Assembly: GCA_043755735.1 (NCBI GenBank)
Contig: JAYUSJ010000004.1
Coordinates: 4,311-68,310, forward strand
Reading direction: 5' to 3'
From: Verrucomicrobiaceae bacterium
GTDB taxonomy: Bacteria; Verrucomicrobiota; Verrucomicrobiia; Chthoniobacterales; Chthoniobacteraceae
Length of the DNA: 64,000 nt
Shown: positions 41,393-50,967 of the stretch, piece by piece
How the letters are laid out: every line of letters starts with the position of its first letter
How positions within the stretch are numbered: position 1 is the first letter of the stretch
Notes under the pieces: generated by a model
What the model was told of the DNA's origin: nothing
Databases searched by the model: none
The model's input: only the letters and a program-made list of their open reading frames with translations
Made by a program: the position numbers and the translations under genes

Positions 41393-44008
41393 GGCTTCGC
41401 GCTCGCATCGGGCTGCGGCGCGTTCGAGTTCGGCGAGCGTGTTTTCCAGCGCAGTCCAGTCGCCGGAAATCAGACGCTCCATCGTCCTGTTTACGGCGTC
41501 GAGTTCCATCTGCGAAATCGCGGAGTGTAATCGGTGGCGCGTCTTGCGGAGGGCTTCGGCGTCCTTCGTTTCCACTGCGCGGGTGATCTCATTCTTCGCC
41601 CTTCGCATCTCGGTCGCGATGGAAATGAGCACGCGCTTCAGCCGGTCTCCGGTGAACATTTCATGCAGCGGCGTGCTGCGCTGCGGTGCTGCCGGCACCG
41701 TGCAGGATTCGAGCGTGGCGAAAAGGATTGCTGGCACGATGGGCTTTGCCACGGCACCGCGCATGCCGGCACGGATGCACTCTTTGCGCGCTTCGTCGGA
41801 GAGCTGCGCGGTCACGGCAAAAATGGGCAACTCCGGACGGATGAGGAGCGCGGCGCGGGCGAGCTCGAGGCCTGTCATGTCGGGCAGTTGAAGATCGAAC
41901 AGCGCAATGTCGTACGTGCGCTGGCGAAGCAACTCCAGCCCTGCGCCGGCGGTCTCGGCCATCTCCAGAGTAGCGCCCGTTTCTTCGATCAAAGCGGACA
42001 TCACTTCGCGATTCGATGCGGTGTCTTCCACATACAAAATGCGTCGTCCTTCGAGTCGCGCCACGGCTTGTTCCTTTTGCCCGGCAGGCGTCTCCGTCGC
42101 TTCACACGGGAGTTCGAAAACAAACCGCGACCCGCGAACCACGCCCGGTTCGACGCGGATTTTCCCGCCCTGCATTTCCAGCAGCGAGCGCGTGATGCTG
42201 AGGCCGAGGCCTGTTCCGCCGAAACGCTGCGATTTGGACGTCTGGTCGAAGGGCGAGAAGATGCGCTCGCGGTCCGCTGCCGGGATGCCGATGCCCGTGT
42301 CGCTCACTGCTCCGTGCAACCGGCCCGCCGACCATTCCACGCGCAAGGTCACGGAACCTTCGCTGGTGAACTTCACTGCGTTGTTGAGCAGATTGTGCAA
42401 AATCTGCGAGAGCCGTGTCGCGTCGCCCATCGCGAATTCCGGCACTTCCGGCGCGACGTCTTCTATGAATTCCAGCCCTTTCTGCGCGGCGAGCGGCCGG
42501 TGGACCAGCGCGATATCCTGTAGCAGTCGCCGCAGCCCGAATGGCTCGGAGCGAACCTCCATTTTCCCCGCGCGCAGTTTGGACCAATCGAGCACGCCGT
42601 TGAAAAGCGCGGTCAATTGCTGCGCGGCCGCGTTGATGGAACGCAGCACCGGGATTTGATGCGGTCCGGGGTTGTTGCGCTCCAGCAGCCGGAGCAGTCC
42701 AGTCACTGCATTCAGCGGGGTGCGAATTTCGTGACTCATCACTGCGAAAAACTCCTCTTTCGCACGCGACGCTTCGACAGTCTCGGCGTGAGCGGACTCG
42801 ATCGCGGCAACCTGCGCGGCGATCTTTTTCGTCATGGAATTGAAGCCCGTAGCGAGCAGTCCGACTTCATCGTTCGAGGTCTCCGGAAGAAGTTCCGGCG
42901 TGCGGCCGGCGCCGAAATCGCCGATGGCTTCGGCTACTTTTCGCAGCCGCGCCGTCGTCCACCGTGCGAGCAGGACAAGCACGAGGATTCCCGCCAGTGC
43001 AGCCGATCCGGAGATGAGCAGCGCACGATTCCGCGCCGCGCGCAGGCCGTCCAGTTCGACTTCGCCGGACGATGCCGTGCGGATGAAGACGCTCCTTTTT
43101 CCATCCGGAAGCAGCGGATGTGTCGCCTCGGAGAATACCCAATCTGCGGCAAACTCCGCTGTGTCTCCGGGTGAAGGTTTCGTCGCGCTCCACGCGTGCC
43201 CGAGGTCCGCGCCGAAGAGCGCCTCAGCCCGCGGATGTACGAGCCACGAGCCTGTGCCGCTGGCTACGTAGAGCCGTGTGCGCTCGGCGCGCTCCTTTTT
43301 CAGGTCGGCAAAAAACGCAGTGAGATCGACATTGATCACCACCATCGCGGGCTCGCCGAGGACCATCGCCACGGCGCGGACTGTCGGCATGTAGGGCTGC
43401 GAGATGCCTCCGAAGTCGCGGTTCAAATCGATGTCCGAGAGGTACACCTCTCCGTCGCCCATCTTCGCACCCTCGCGCACATAGTCGCGGTCGCCTTTTG
43501 CCTGGAGCCGTTCCTGCGGCATCGTGGTGACGATTGCGCCGTTGCGATCGAGCCGCACCATTTCCGTCCAGTCGCCGCCTGCGGTGATGATGCGCACTTG
43601 CATGTAGCTCGGCTTCACGGCCATCAGCGCCCGGAAGTCCGACTCCACCCGTCCCCGCGCAACGAGGCTGCGGCCCGCGAGAAAATCGACCACCGGCTGC
43701 GAGCGAGCGAGCACCAGAGAATCGCGCGCGACATCACCAGCCAGCGCTTGGAACTTCAGCGCAGCCACCTGCCGCTCGTGGTCCAGCGTGCGCCGCCATG
43801 TTTCCGTGATGTGCTTTTTACTACCTTGAAAATTAAACCACCCGAGGACCGCCATCGCTACGACGACCACGATCGATGCCGTCGCGCTGAAGCGAAACAC
43901 CAGCGAGGTGCCTCCTCGGGCTTGGAGGCTGCGGGCGTCGATTTGATTCATTGGACGCGTGACTACCGATTCGCTGCGGACATTTCGAGCACGGAGTTTT
44001 TCGCACAA
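41363..44008 (-). CDS. Hybrid sensor histidine kinase (periplasmic sensor-HAMP-HisKA-HATPase-REC-Hpt)
   Basis: An N-terminal TM segment is followed by a ~270-aa periplasmic region. The H-box is FFAVMSHEIRTPLNAV, the G-box is GGTGLGLSI, the REC domain is RILYVEDTASN..FDLQLPDMTG, and a C-terminal Hpt-like helix is RHRLHSAISQMEL. The 3' end overlaps the LytTR gene by 30 nt in convergent orientation. An alternative start lies at 43951. Confidence 0.85.
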   Translation of the reverse strand: MCEKLRARNVRSESVVTRPMNQIDARSLQARGGTSLVFRFSATASIVVVVAMAVLGWFNFQGSKKHITETWRRTLDHERQVAALKFQALAGDVARDSLVLARSQPVVDFLAGRSLVARGRVESDFRALMAVKPSYMQVRIITAGGDWTEMVRLDRNGAIVTTMPQERLQAKGDRDYVREGAKMGDGEVYLSDIDLNRDFGGISQPYMPTVRAVAMVLGEPAMVVINVDLTAFFADLKKERAERTRLYVASGTGSWLVHPRAEALFGADLGHAWSATKPSPGDTAEFAADWVFSEATHPLLPDGKRSVFIRTASSGEVELDGLRAARNRALLISGSAALAGILVLVLLARWTTARLRKVAEAIGDFGAGRTPELLPETSNDEVGLLATGFNSMTKKIAAQVAAIESAHAETVEASRAKEEFFAVMSHEIRTPLNAVTGLLRLLERNNPGPHQIPVLRSINAAAQQLTALFNGVLDWSKLRAGKMEVRSEPFGLRRLLQDIALVHRPLAAQKGLEFIEDVAPEVPEFAMGDATRLSQILHNLLNNAVKFTSEGSVTLRVEWSAGRLHGAVSDTGIGIPAADRERIFSPFDQTSKSQRFGGTGLGLSITRSLLEMQGGKIRVEPGVVRGSRFVFELPCEATETPAGQKEQAVARLEGRRILYVEDTASNREVMSALIEETGATLEMAETAGAGLELLRQRTYDIALFDLQLPDMTGLELARAALLIRPELPIFAVTAQLSDEARKECIRAGMRGAVAKPIVPAILFATLESCTVPAAPQRSTPLHEMFTGDRLKRVLISIATEMRRAKNEITRAVETKDAEALRKTRHRLHSAISQMELDAVNRTMERLISGDWTALENTLAELERAAARCEREASAQNGQPGE

Positions 44009-44164
44009 TGTCTTATTTTCTCCGCAATTTAGCCTTCAAACTGACGAGAGTTCACGCCAGCGTCGCAATTGAGTCGCGGGATTGTAACATTAGTCCGCAA
44101 CTCTGCACATGAACGCAACACTACCGTTGCACTCACCACACAAAGAAACCCAAGAAACAAATAC

Positions 44165-45334
44165 ATGCTAAAGACCACACTCGTTCTGGCCCTCGCCGCA
44201 TCTACTGCGCTCGCCGGAAACACGACAGTCGCCACGAAGGAAACACCCAAGGAACAATCGGCCTTCGACCGCCTTTGGGACCTCCCCGTCCTCTACAAAA
44301 ACAAAGAAAACCCCGTCCTTCAGAAGTTCGAGCTTCAAGGCCGCATCCAGCTCCAATACGGCTCTGGGTCATCCGACCAGGGCAGCTACGGCTCCGAAGA
44401 TCGGCCCGACGATCGCCTCTGGGGCGATGCCATCGAAGTCCGCCGCTGGCGCCTGGGCTTCAAGTCCGTTTGGTTCCACGACTTCAAACTCGAAGGCCAG
44501 ATCGACATCAACCCCGACTTCGACCCCGAGTTCTACTCGCAGATTTACGATCTCTACCTCACCTGGGCGCGCCACGATTCCTTCAACATCAGCCTCGGTA
44601 AATTCAAGGCCAACTTCTTCGGCCTCGAGCAAGGCATCTCCTCCAAAGAGATCCTCACCATGGAGCGCGGACTTCTCTCCAACGCCATCTTCCCCGGTGA
44701 GCTTACCGGCGTCCGCGTCAGCGGCAAAGCCAACGGCTTCCTCTACGGCGTAGCACTCTACGCCGGCGACCAGACCCGCGAGTTTACCGAAGACTCGGAC
44801 GGCAACGTGGTCCAGGCCTACGTCGGGTACGACTTCAAAAAGCAGACAGGCTTGGACAAGGCACTCGTCCGCCTCGACTACCAATACGGCACCGACGACA
44901 CCAACGCGGGCGGCGGCGGCGCGTTCGAGCATGCCTTCTCGCTCAACGCCACCGTCCAAAAAGACGCATGGCTCATCAGCGGAGAAATCCTTGGCGCGAC
45001 CGGCCGCGGCACACAGGGCGACGTCTTCGGCGTGAACCTCATCCCCGCATACAATATCACCGACAAGCTCCAGGTCGTCGGGCGCTACCAATACGCCAAC
45101 GGCGACCACGACGCGCTCCGGCTTCAAAGCCGCTACGAGCGCCTCGCGCCAGAGCTTACCGACGGCGGACGCGGCGAAACGTATCATGCCGCCTACCTCG
45201 GCCTGAACTACTATATCTACGGCCACAAACTCAAACTCATGGCCGGCACCGAATACCACCACATGGATGGCGGCGGTGATGGTGGCGACTTCGATGGCTG
45301 GACATCGACCGTCGGCCTTCGCATGAGCTTCTAA
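44165..45334 (+). CDS. Outer-membrane porin, phosphate-selective porin O/P-like
   Basis: The signal peptide is MLKTTLVLALAASTALAG. The sequence has an alternating amphipathic beta-strand pattern, the segment FELQGRIQLQYG, and a C-terminal aromatic residue (GLRMSF). Family assignment is from overall resemblance only. Confidence 0.65.
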   Translation: MLKTTLVLALAASTALAGNTTVATKETPKEQSAFDRLWDLPVLYKNKENPVLQKFELQGRIQLQYGSGSSDQGSYGSEDRPDDRLWGDAIEVRRWRLGFKSVWFHDFKLEGQIDINPDFDPEFYSQIYDLYLTWARHDSFNISLGKFKANFFGLEQGISSKEILTMERGLLSNAIFPGELTGVRVSGKANGFLYGVALYAGDQTREFTEDSDGNVVQAYVGYDFKKQTGLDKALVRLDYQYGTDDTNAGGGGAFEHAFSLNATVQKDAWLISGEILGATGRGTQGDVFGVNLIPAYNITDKLQVVGRYQYANGDHDALRLQSRYERLAPELTDGGRGETYHAAYLGLNYYIYGHKLKLMAGTEYHHMDGGGDGGDFDGWTSTVGLRMSF

Positions 45335-45350
45335 ACACGAAGCCAGGGAA

Positions 45351-45418
45351 TCTCCACCGAATGGTGGTGTTTGGTGAGAACGGCCCGTTGCAGCGATGCA
45401 GCGGGCCGTTCTTTCTTT
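45351..45418 (+). repeat. Dispersed ~65-nt two-hairpin element, copy B; probable intrinsic terminator of the porin gene
   Basis: Hairpin 1 is CCACC-gaat-GGTGG. Hairpin 2 has 15-bp arms, AGAACGGCCCGTTGC (45377-45391) / GCAGCGGGCCGTTCT (45398-45412), followed by TTTCTTTC. Confidence 0.65.
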
Positions 45419-45473
45419 CGGACGAAACCCCGGTCATTCGGAGACCGGGCGTTTAATATTTTCGCGCGACGCC

Positions 45474-46016
45474 CTACTTCGCGCCGGCTGCCTGCGGCAG
45501 TGCTTTCACGTGGGCAGCGAATTCCACGCCGTTCACCTTGCCCTCGACTTTGTCGGCGCCGAGCTTAATGCCTTTCACGTCGTAAAGATGCCCGTCGGGC
45601 GAGATGGCTTTGATGCCGTAGTTCGTGCCGTCGGCGGCGATTGCCTTGATGTTGATGATGCTGCCGGCGGAAGAAACTCCCTTGACGTCGAGCTTCGTGC
45701 CGTCGGGCAATACGGCTTTGATGCCGAGCACCGTGCCGTTCGCAGCCACGGCTTTCACGGGCCGCAGTTTGTCATCACTCACGAGGATTTTCACCGGGAG
45801 TTTGGTGTCGCCCACGAGCGCCTTGATGTCGAGAAGGTGCGCATTCCCCTGGGTCTGGATTGCTTTGACGGCGTGGAGTTTTCCCTCGGCGTCCACCGCT
45901 TTCACGTCGATGAGACGGCCTTCGGGATGGACAGCTTTAATGTGCCAGATGATGTCGTCGGCGGCTTGGAGTGTGGTGGTGAGAAGGAGGGCGGCGAGTA
46001 AGTTTAGGAGCTTCAT
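45474..46016 (-). CDS. Small secreted protein built from ~11 tandem 12-residue repeats ([IV]KA[IV]xxxGxxxx)
   Basis: The signal peptide is MKLLNLLAALLLTTTLQA. It is followed by IKAVHPEGRLID VKAVDAEGKLHA VKAIQTQGNAHLLD IKALVGDTKLP VKILVSDDKLRP VKAVAANGTVLG IKAVLPDGTKLD VKGVSSAGSIIN IKAIAADGTNYG IKAISPDGHLYD VKGIKLG.. The start was set at the ATG at 46016. Confidence 0.6.
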   Translation of the reverse strand: MKLLNLLAALLLTTTLQAADDIIWHIKAVHPEGRLIDVKAVDAEGKLHAVKAIQTQGNAHLLDIKALVGDTKLPVKILVSDDKLRPVKAVAANGTVLGIKAVLPDGTKLDVKGVSSAGSIINIKAIAADGTNYGIKAISPDGHLYDVKGIKLGADKVEGKVNGVEFAAHVKALPQAAGAK

Positions 46017-46242
46017 GGCGCAACAGGGAAAGGAGAAAATCACCCCGCCGTCAAACATAGAATCACATCGTCGATCCTCGGGCGGCGGATGCACGATGCC
46101 CGTCACCCTGCGGTTCATTCCGCGAAATTCTCGCCTCCCGTCGATCTGGCGCTGGTCCATGCCCTGTGCCGGTTTGTGAACCGTCTTCGGGAGTTCACAC
46201 TATGGCCGTTGCGTAATGGGATCGCGGCGTCGATGGTGCGGA

Positions 46243-47790
46243 ATGACTCATGTAAAGAACATCATCGTCCTCGGTGGCGGCAGCGCAGGCTTGCTCGCCG
46301 CGATCTCCATCAAAGCAAAGCTCCCCCAGCTTGGCGTCCGTGTCGTGCGGAGCAAGGAGATTGGCGTTATCGGCGTCGGCGAAGGCACCACACCAGGGTT
46401 TAGCCGCCACTTGTTCGACTTCCTCGGGCTGCGCCGCGCCGCGTTTTATAAACACGCCCGGCCCGTCTGGAAGCTCGGCATCCGCTTCCTCTGGGGCCCG
46501 CGCGAGCGGTTCGACTACACCTTCTGCCCGCAGCTCGATTCCGGCCTCGGTAACCTCCCACGCCCCAACGGCTACTATTGCGAGAACGAGTTTCGCGACG
46601 TCCACCTCGCCTCCGCGCTCATGAACCGCGACCTCGCCTGGCCGCGCCAGAAGAACGGCGCGCCCGACGTCCAGCCGTGGCACGGCTTCCATCTCGAAAA
46701 CACCCTCCTCGTCGAAGTCCTCGAAAAGGTCGCGCGGGAAAACGGCGTCGAGTTTACCGACGCCACCGTCCGCAACGCTGAGCGCGGGCCGAAGGGCATC
46801 GCCGCACTCTGCCTCGAAGACGGACGCCGCCTTGAGGCCGACCTGTATGTCGATGCCAGCGGCTTCCGCTCCGAGCTCCTCGGCAAAACACTCGAAACCC
46901 CCTACCAGAGCTACGACAAAGCCCTTTTTTGCGACCGCGCCATCGTCGCCGGGTGGGACCGCCAGCCCGACGAACCCATCCTCCCTTTCACCACCGCCGA
47001 GACCATGGACGCCGGGTGGGCGTGGCAGATCGAGCACGAAGAAATCATCAACCGCGGCTACGTTTACAGCTCCGCCCACATCACCGACGACGAAGCGTGC
47101 GCCGAATTCCTGCGCAAAAACCCGCGCATCAACCGCGAGCCCCGCATCGTCAAATTCCGCTCCGGCAACTACCGCGAAGTCTGGCGCGAAAACGTCGTCG
47201 CCGTCGGCAACGCCAGCGGCTTCGTCGAGCCCCTCGAAGCCAGCGCCCTCATGGTCATCTGCTCCCAATGCGAGACCATCGTAACGTCGCTCAGCCACAG
47301 CGGCATGGAGCTCGGCCCCGCAATGCGCCGCTTCGCCAACAAGCACCTCACCCGCCAGTGGGACAACATCCGCGACTTCCTCGCCTTCCACTACAAATTC
47401 AACACCCGGCTTAACACCCCCTTCTGGCAGCACGCCCGCGCCGAGACCGACATCAGCCCCCTCGCCGAGATGATGGAGATGTATCACCAAAACGGCCCCA
47501 CCGGCCTCCTCCGCTACACCCTCCCCAACGGCCCGGAGAACGACTTCGGCATCGAAGGCTACCTCGTCATGCTCCTCGGCATGCGAGTCCCCTGGCGGCG
47601 CAGCTACCAGACCTCGCCGGAAGAGCAGCGCATCTGGCAGAGCCACCTCGCAAACCACCGCGCCATCGCCAACCAAGGCCTCACCACCGAGGAAAGCCTC
47701 CGCTACGTCCATGATCCCCGCTGGTCCTGGAACGACACAATCGAGCAGCAGCCCGCAGCCGGCCAGCCGCACCAGCAGATGCTTGCGTGA
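46243..47790 (+). CDS. Flavin-dependent halogenase family protein ('tryptophan halogenase' homolog)
   Basis: The N-terminus is KNIIVLGGGSAGLLAA (GxGxxG). Also present are IGVIGVGEGTTPG (GVGEAT-like) and the Trp_halogenase-type core DAGWAWQIEH, a variant of WxWxIP. The start was set at the ATG at 46243. There is no signal peptide. Confidence 0.75.
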   Translation: MTHVKNIIVLGGGSAGLLAAISIKAKLPQLGVRVVRSKEIGVIGVGEGTTPGFSRHLFDFLGLRRAAFYKHARPVWKLGIRFLWGPRERFDYTFCPQLDSGLGNLPRPNGYYCENEFRDVHLASALMNRDLAWPRQKNGAPDVQPWHGFHLENTLLVEVLEKVARENGVEFTDATVRNAERGPKGIAALCLEDGRRLEADLYVDASGFRSELLGKTLETPYQSYDKALFCDRAIVAGWDRQPDEPILPFTTAETMDAGWAWQIEHEEIINRGYVYSSAHITDDEACAEFLRKNPRINREPRIVKFRSGNYREVWRENVVAVGNASGFVEPLEASALMVICSQCETIVTSLSHSGMELGPAMRRFANKHLTRQWDNIRDFLAFHYKFNTRLNTPFWQHARAETDISPLAEMMEMYHQNGPTGLLRYTLPNGPENDFGIEGYLVMLLGMRVPWRRSYQTSPEEQRIWQSHLANHRAIANQGLTTEESLRYVHDPRWSWNDTIEQQPAAGQPHQQMLA

Positions 47791-48014
47791 AAAGGCGGTG
47801 TGGGCGAAGCTGCCCGGTGCAAAGTATCCCGCCCGGCCTTGACTTCAGCGTTGCGAGCTGGGCGGCGGGTTGTGAAGTGCACTGGCTCCGCCCATTGAGC
47901 CAGTGAACCTTGCGATTCATCCCGTGAAAACGGGCCTTCGTACAAAACGGGTTGCTGCTTTGAGGAGTAGAACGTATTCCGCCATTTCTCATCACTCCAA
48001 ACAATCAACTTCCT

Positions 48015-49532
48015 ATGAACCTAAAACCACTCTTCGCCAGCGTCGCCCTGCTCATTGCCGTCCAACCATGCGTCTTTGCACAAGACAAACCGGCGGCCCC
48101 CGCCGGGGACAAACCCATCCACAAAATGCTCGGCCAGCCCGCTACCGAAGCGGATTCATTCGCGTACAAGCTGCTCGATATTTGCCAGGAGGCCGCAGCC
48201 AAAGACGTGGACCGCTTCAATGCCCGTCCGACCGTGCTTTCCCGCCAGATGGCCATCTGGGCCACTTCCGTCTATGACGCCTGGGCCGCGTATGACGAGA
48301 AGGCGGTGGGCACGCGTCTGGGCGGGACACTTCGCCGTCCGAAAAAAGAGCAGACGCTCGCCAACAAACAAAAAGCCATCGCGTACGCCAGCCATCACGC
48401 GCTGATGTTTGTTTACCCGGAATCGAAGGAATTCCTCGAGGGTGAGATGAAGAAGATGGGCTACGATCCGGCACTTATCTCGAAAGACGCGAAGAAACCC
48501 GAGGGCATCGGCCAACTCGCAGCGGCAGCGGTCATCGAATACCGCCGCCACGACGGGTCCAACCAGTTTGGCGATGAAGCCGGCACGGTCGGCGCGAAGC
48601 CTTACTCGGACTACACCTTTTACTCACCGGTCAATACGGCGGACAAAATCAACGACCCCGACCGCTGGCAGCCCATCACATTTACAAAGCCCGACGGCAC
48701 GAAGATCACGCCCGGCTTCCTCACGCCGCACTGGTATCGCGTGAAGCCGTTTGCGCTCGAAAACAGCGCGCAGTTCCGGCCCGGTCCGCCGCCTTTGCTC
48801 ACGAAAGATCCCGAGACGCTGAAGAAGGAAACCGATCAGGTGCTCGAGTACAATGCGAAGCTCACGAACGAGCAGAAAGCCATCGTCGAGTTCATGCGGG
48901 ACGGTCCCCGGAGCACCGGCCAGAGCGGGCACTGGCTGCGGTTTGCGCAGGATGTTTCACGGCGCGACAAGCACGACCTCGATAAGGACGTGCAGCTTTA
49001 CTTCGCCGTCGCGAATGCCGCGTTCGACGCCTTCATCTCCTGCTGGGAAACCAAGCGCGTGTATGACTCGTCGCGCCCGTGGACGCTCATCCGCCACTTC
49101 TACAAGGGCCAGAAAATCACCGGCTGGGCAGGCCCCGATGGCGGCACGAAAGAGATGCTCGGCGACGAATGGCACCCGTATTCGCCGCAGGTCTTTGTCA
49201 CGCCTCCATTCCCTGGATACACCAGCGGCCACGCCACCGTCAGCGGTGCTTGCGCCAAGGTGATCGAGCTCTTTACCGGCTCCGACAAATACGGCTTTTG
49301 CGAGCGTCGCAAACACTGCGAGCTGACCGAAAAAGGCGGCGGCGAGATGATGACTCTGGACCTGCCGACATGGAGCGGCACCGCAGAAATGGCGGCGCAA
49401 TCCCGCGCGATGGGCGGCTACCATATCCCGATCGACAACAACGTCGGCCTGAAGGTCGGCCGCGAACTCGCCACATGGAGCTGGCCGAAATATCAGGAAT
49501 ACTTCGCCGGGACCGCGAAGGTCCGCAACTAA
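48015..49532 (+). CDS. Secreted PAP2-superfamily protein, vanadium-dependent haloperoxidase-like
   Basis: The signal peptide is MNLKPLFASVALLIAVQPCVFA. All three PAP2/VHPO motifs are visible: KRVYDSSRP (KX6RP), YTSGH (PSGH) and SRAMGGYHIPID (SRX5HX3D). A long helical N-terminal domain is as in bacterial VHPO-like proteins. Confidence 0.7.
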   Translation: MNLKPLFASVALLIAVQPCVFAQDKPAAPAGDKPIHKMLGQPATEADSFAYKLLDICQEAAAKDVDRFNARPTVLSRQMAIWATSVYDAWAAYDEKAVGTRLGGTLRRPKKEQTLANKQKAIAYASHHALMFVYPESKEFLEGEMKKMGYDPALISKDAKKPEGIGQLAAAAVIEYRRHDGSNQFGDEAGTVGAKPYSDYTFYSPVNTADKINDPDRWQPITFTKPDGTKITPGFLTPHWYRVKPFALENSAQFRPGPPPLLTKDPETLKKETDQVLEYNAKLTNEQKAIVEFMRDGPRSTGQSGHWLRFAQDVSRRDKHDLDKDVQLYFAVANAAFDAFISCWETKRVYDSSRPWTLIRHFYKGQKITGWAGPDGGTKEMLGDEWHPYSPQVFVTPPFPGYTSGHATVSGACAKVIELFTGSDKYGFCERRKHCELTEKGGGEMMTLDLPTWSGTAEMAAQSRAMGGYHIPIDNNVGLKVGRELATWSWPKYQEYFAGTAKVRN

Positions 49533-49562
49533 TGTCCTCAACCAACCAAACCAAACTACCAA

Positions 49563-50957
49563 ATGACCAACAAACTAACGCTGGCGGTTCTCGCCGTGCT
49601 CTCTACATCGCTCCATGCTGGCCCACCTCCGGCACCCGTCCCGCAGCCCGCCGAGCGCAAGCTCATCACTTGGGACGTGCAGGAACGTGTCCGCTGGGAA
49701 ATCAAGGACAACGCCTTCGACTTCAACAGCGGCGTCCGCACCATCAACGACGACAACTGGGTGCTCAACCGCTTCCGCCTCGGAATCGGCGTGCAACCCA
49801 CCGACTGGCTCAAGGTTTATGCCCAGGTGCAGGACTCCCGCGAATGGCTCAGCGACCGCGCGGACATCCCGGGCGTGCTCGGGGCGGAAGGGGATGATTC
49901 CTTCGACCTCCGTCAGGCCTACATCGAGCTCTCGATGAATGAATGGGGACTCAAAATCGGCCGTCAGGTTCTCGCGTTTGGCGACCAGCGCCTTATCGGG
50001 CCGCTCGAATGGACCAATCTCGCCCGCACATTCGACGCCGTGCGCGTCACCTACAAAGGCTCGAACTACACCGTCGATGCATTCGCATCCAGCGTCGTCG
50101 TGGCAGACCGCGGCAGCTTCAATCAATCCGACGCGTTCAACGGCAACGAAACGCACCGGGAGCAGGTCTTCAGCGGACTCTACTTCAACACCCGCGCCTT
50201 CGCCATCGCCGACGCCGACCTCTACGCACTCCACCTCCACGAGGCAGGAAACACCGACTTCTTCACGCTCGGCACGCGCGTGAAATCCAAGCCCGCCGCG
50301 CCCGCCCCGATGCACCACGACGGCAAGAGCTTGAAGCACGATGGCAAAACCATGGCGTGCCCCGTGCCAGCCGCCAGCCCGTGGGATTGGGATGCGGAGT
50401 TTGCGTTTCAGTTCGGCGACGTCCGCGGACGCGACCTCACCGCATTCGCAGGTCACGTCGGCGTCGGCTACACCATCCCCGGCTGCCCGATCAGCTCGCG
50501 CATCGGCCTTGAATATAACTATGCCACCGGCGACGGAGACCCGACCGATGGCGACGTGGAGACATTCCAAAATCTCTTCCCGACGAACCACATCTACTAC
50601 GGCTTCATGGACGCCTTCTCGTGGCAGAACATCCACGACCTGGCAGTGAGCTACAAAACCAAGCCGTGCAAAAACGTGACCACCCGTCTGGACTTCCACG
50701 CCTTCTGGCTGGCAGACACCAACGACGTCTGGTACCGCGCCAACGGAACCACCGCCGTCCGTCCGCTGACCCCCGCCGCCCGCAATGCGGACAACTACGC
50801 AGGCTCGGAGATCGACTTCGTCGTGACCTGGCAGGCGCGCAAGGAACTGGTCATCGAAGCAGGGTATTGCCACTTCTTCGCAGGCAGCTACCTCGGCGAT
50901 ACCGGCGCTGATGACGACGCCGACTTTGGCTATGTGCAAGCGACCATCAGCTTCTAA
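49563..50957 (+). CDS. Alginate-export (AlgE-like) family outer-membrane porin
   Basis: A signal peptide is present. Family patterns are RFRLGIGVQPTDWLKVYAQVQDSR, LRQAYIEL and IGRQVLAFGDQRLIGPLEWTNLARTFDAVRV. The protein ends in a terminal Phe. The gene starts 30 nt after the VHPO-like gene. Confidence 0.75.
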   Translation: MTNKLTLAVLAVLSTSLHAGPPPAPVPQPAERKLITWDVQERVRWEIKDNAFDFNSGVRTINDDNWVLNRFRLGIGVQPTDWLKVYAQVQDSREWLSDRADIPGVLGAEGDDSFDLRQAYIELSMNEWGLKIGRQVLAFGDQRLIGPLEWTNLARTFDAVRVTYKGSNYTVDAFASSVVVADRGSFNQSDAFNGNETHREQVFSGLYFNTRAFAIADADLYALHLHEAGNTDFFTLGTRVKSKPAAPAPMHHDGKSLKHDGKTMACPVPAASPWDWDAEFAFQFGDVRGRDLTAFAGHVGVGYTIPGCPISSRIGLEYNYATGDGDPTDGDVETFQNLFPTNHIYYGFMDAFSWQNIHDLAVSYKTKPCKNVTTRLDFHAFWLADTNDVWYRANGTTAVRPLTPAARNADNYAGSEIDFVVTWQARKELVIEAGYCHFFAGSYLGDTGADDDADFGYVQATISF

Positions 50958-50967
50958 ACAGAAAAAT

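Noticed and set aside
46195-47772. A 525-aa minus-strand ORF covering the halogenase gene.
   Set aside because: It is antisense to a CDS with GxGxxG and Trp_halogenase motifs. Its Val/Ala/Gly/Glu-rich low-complexity composition is a GC-driven open frame.
49575-50939. A 454-aa minus-strand ORF covering the AlgE-like porin gene.
   Set aside because: It is antisense to a CDS with a signal peptide, alginate-export motifs and a terminal Phe. It has shadow-frame composition.
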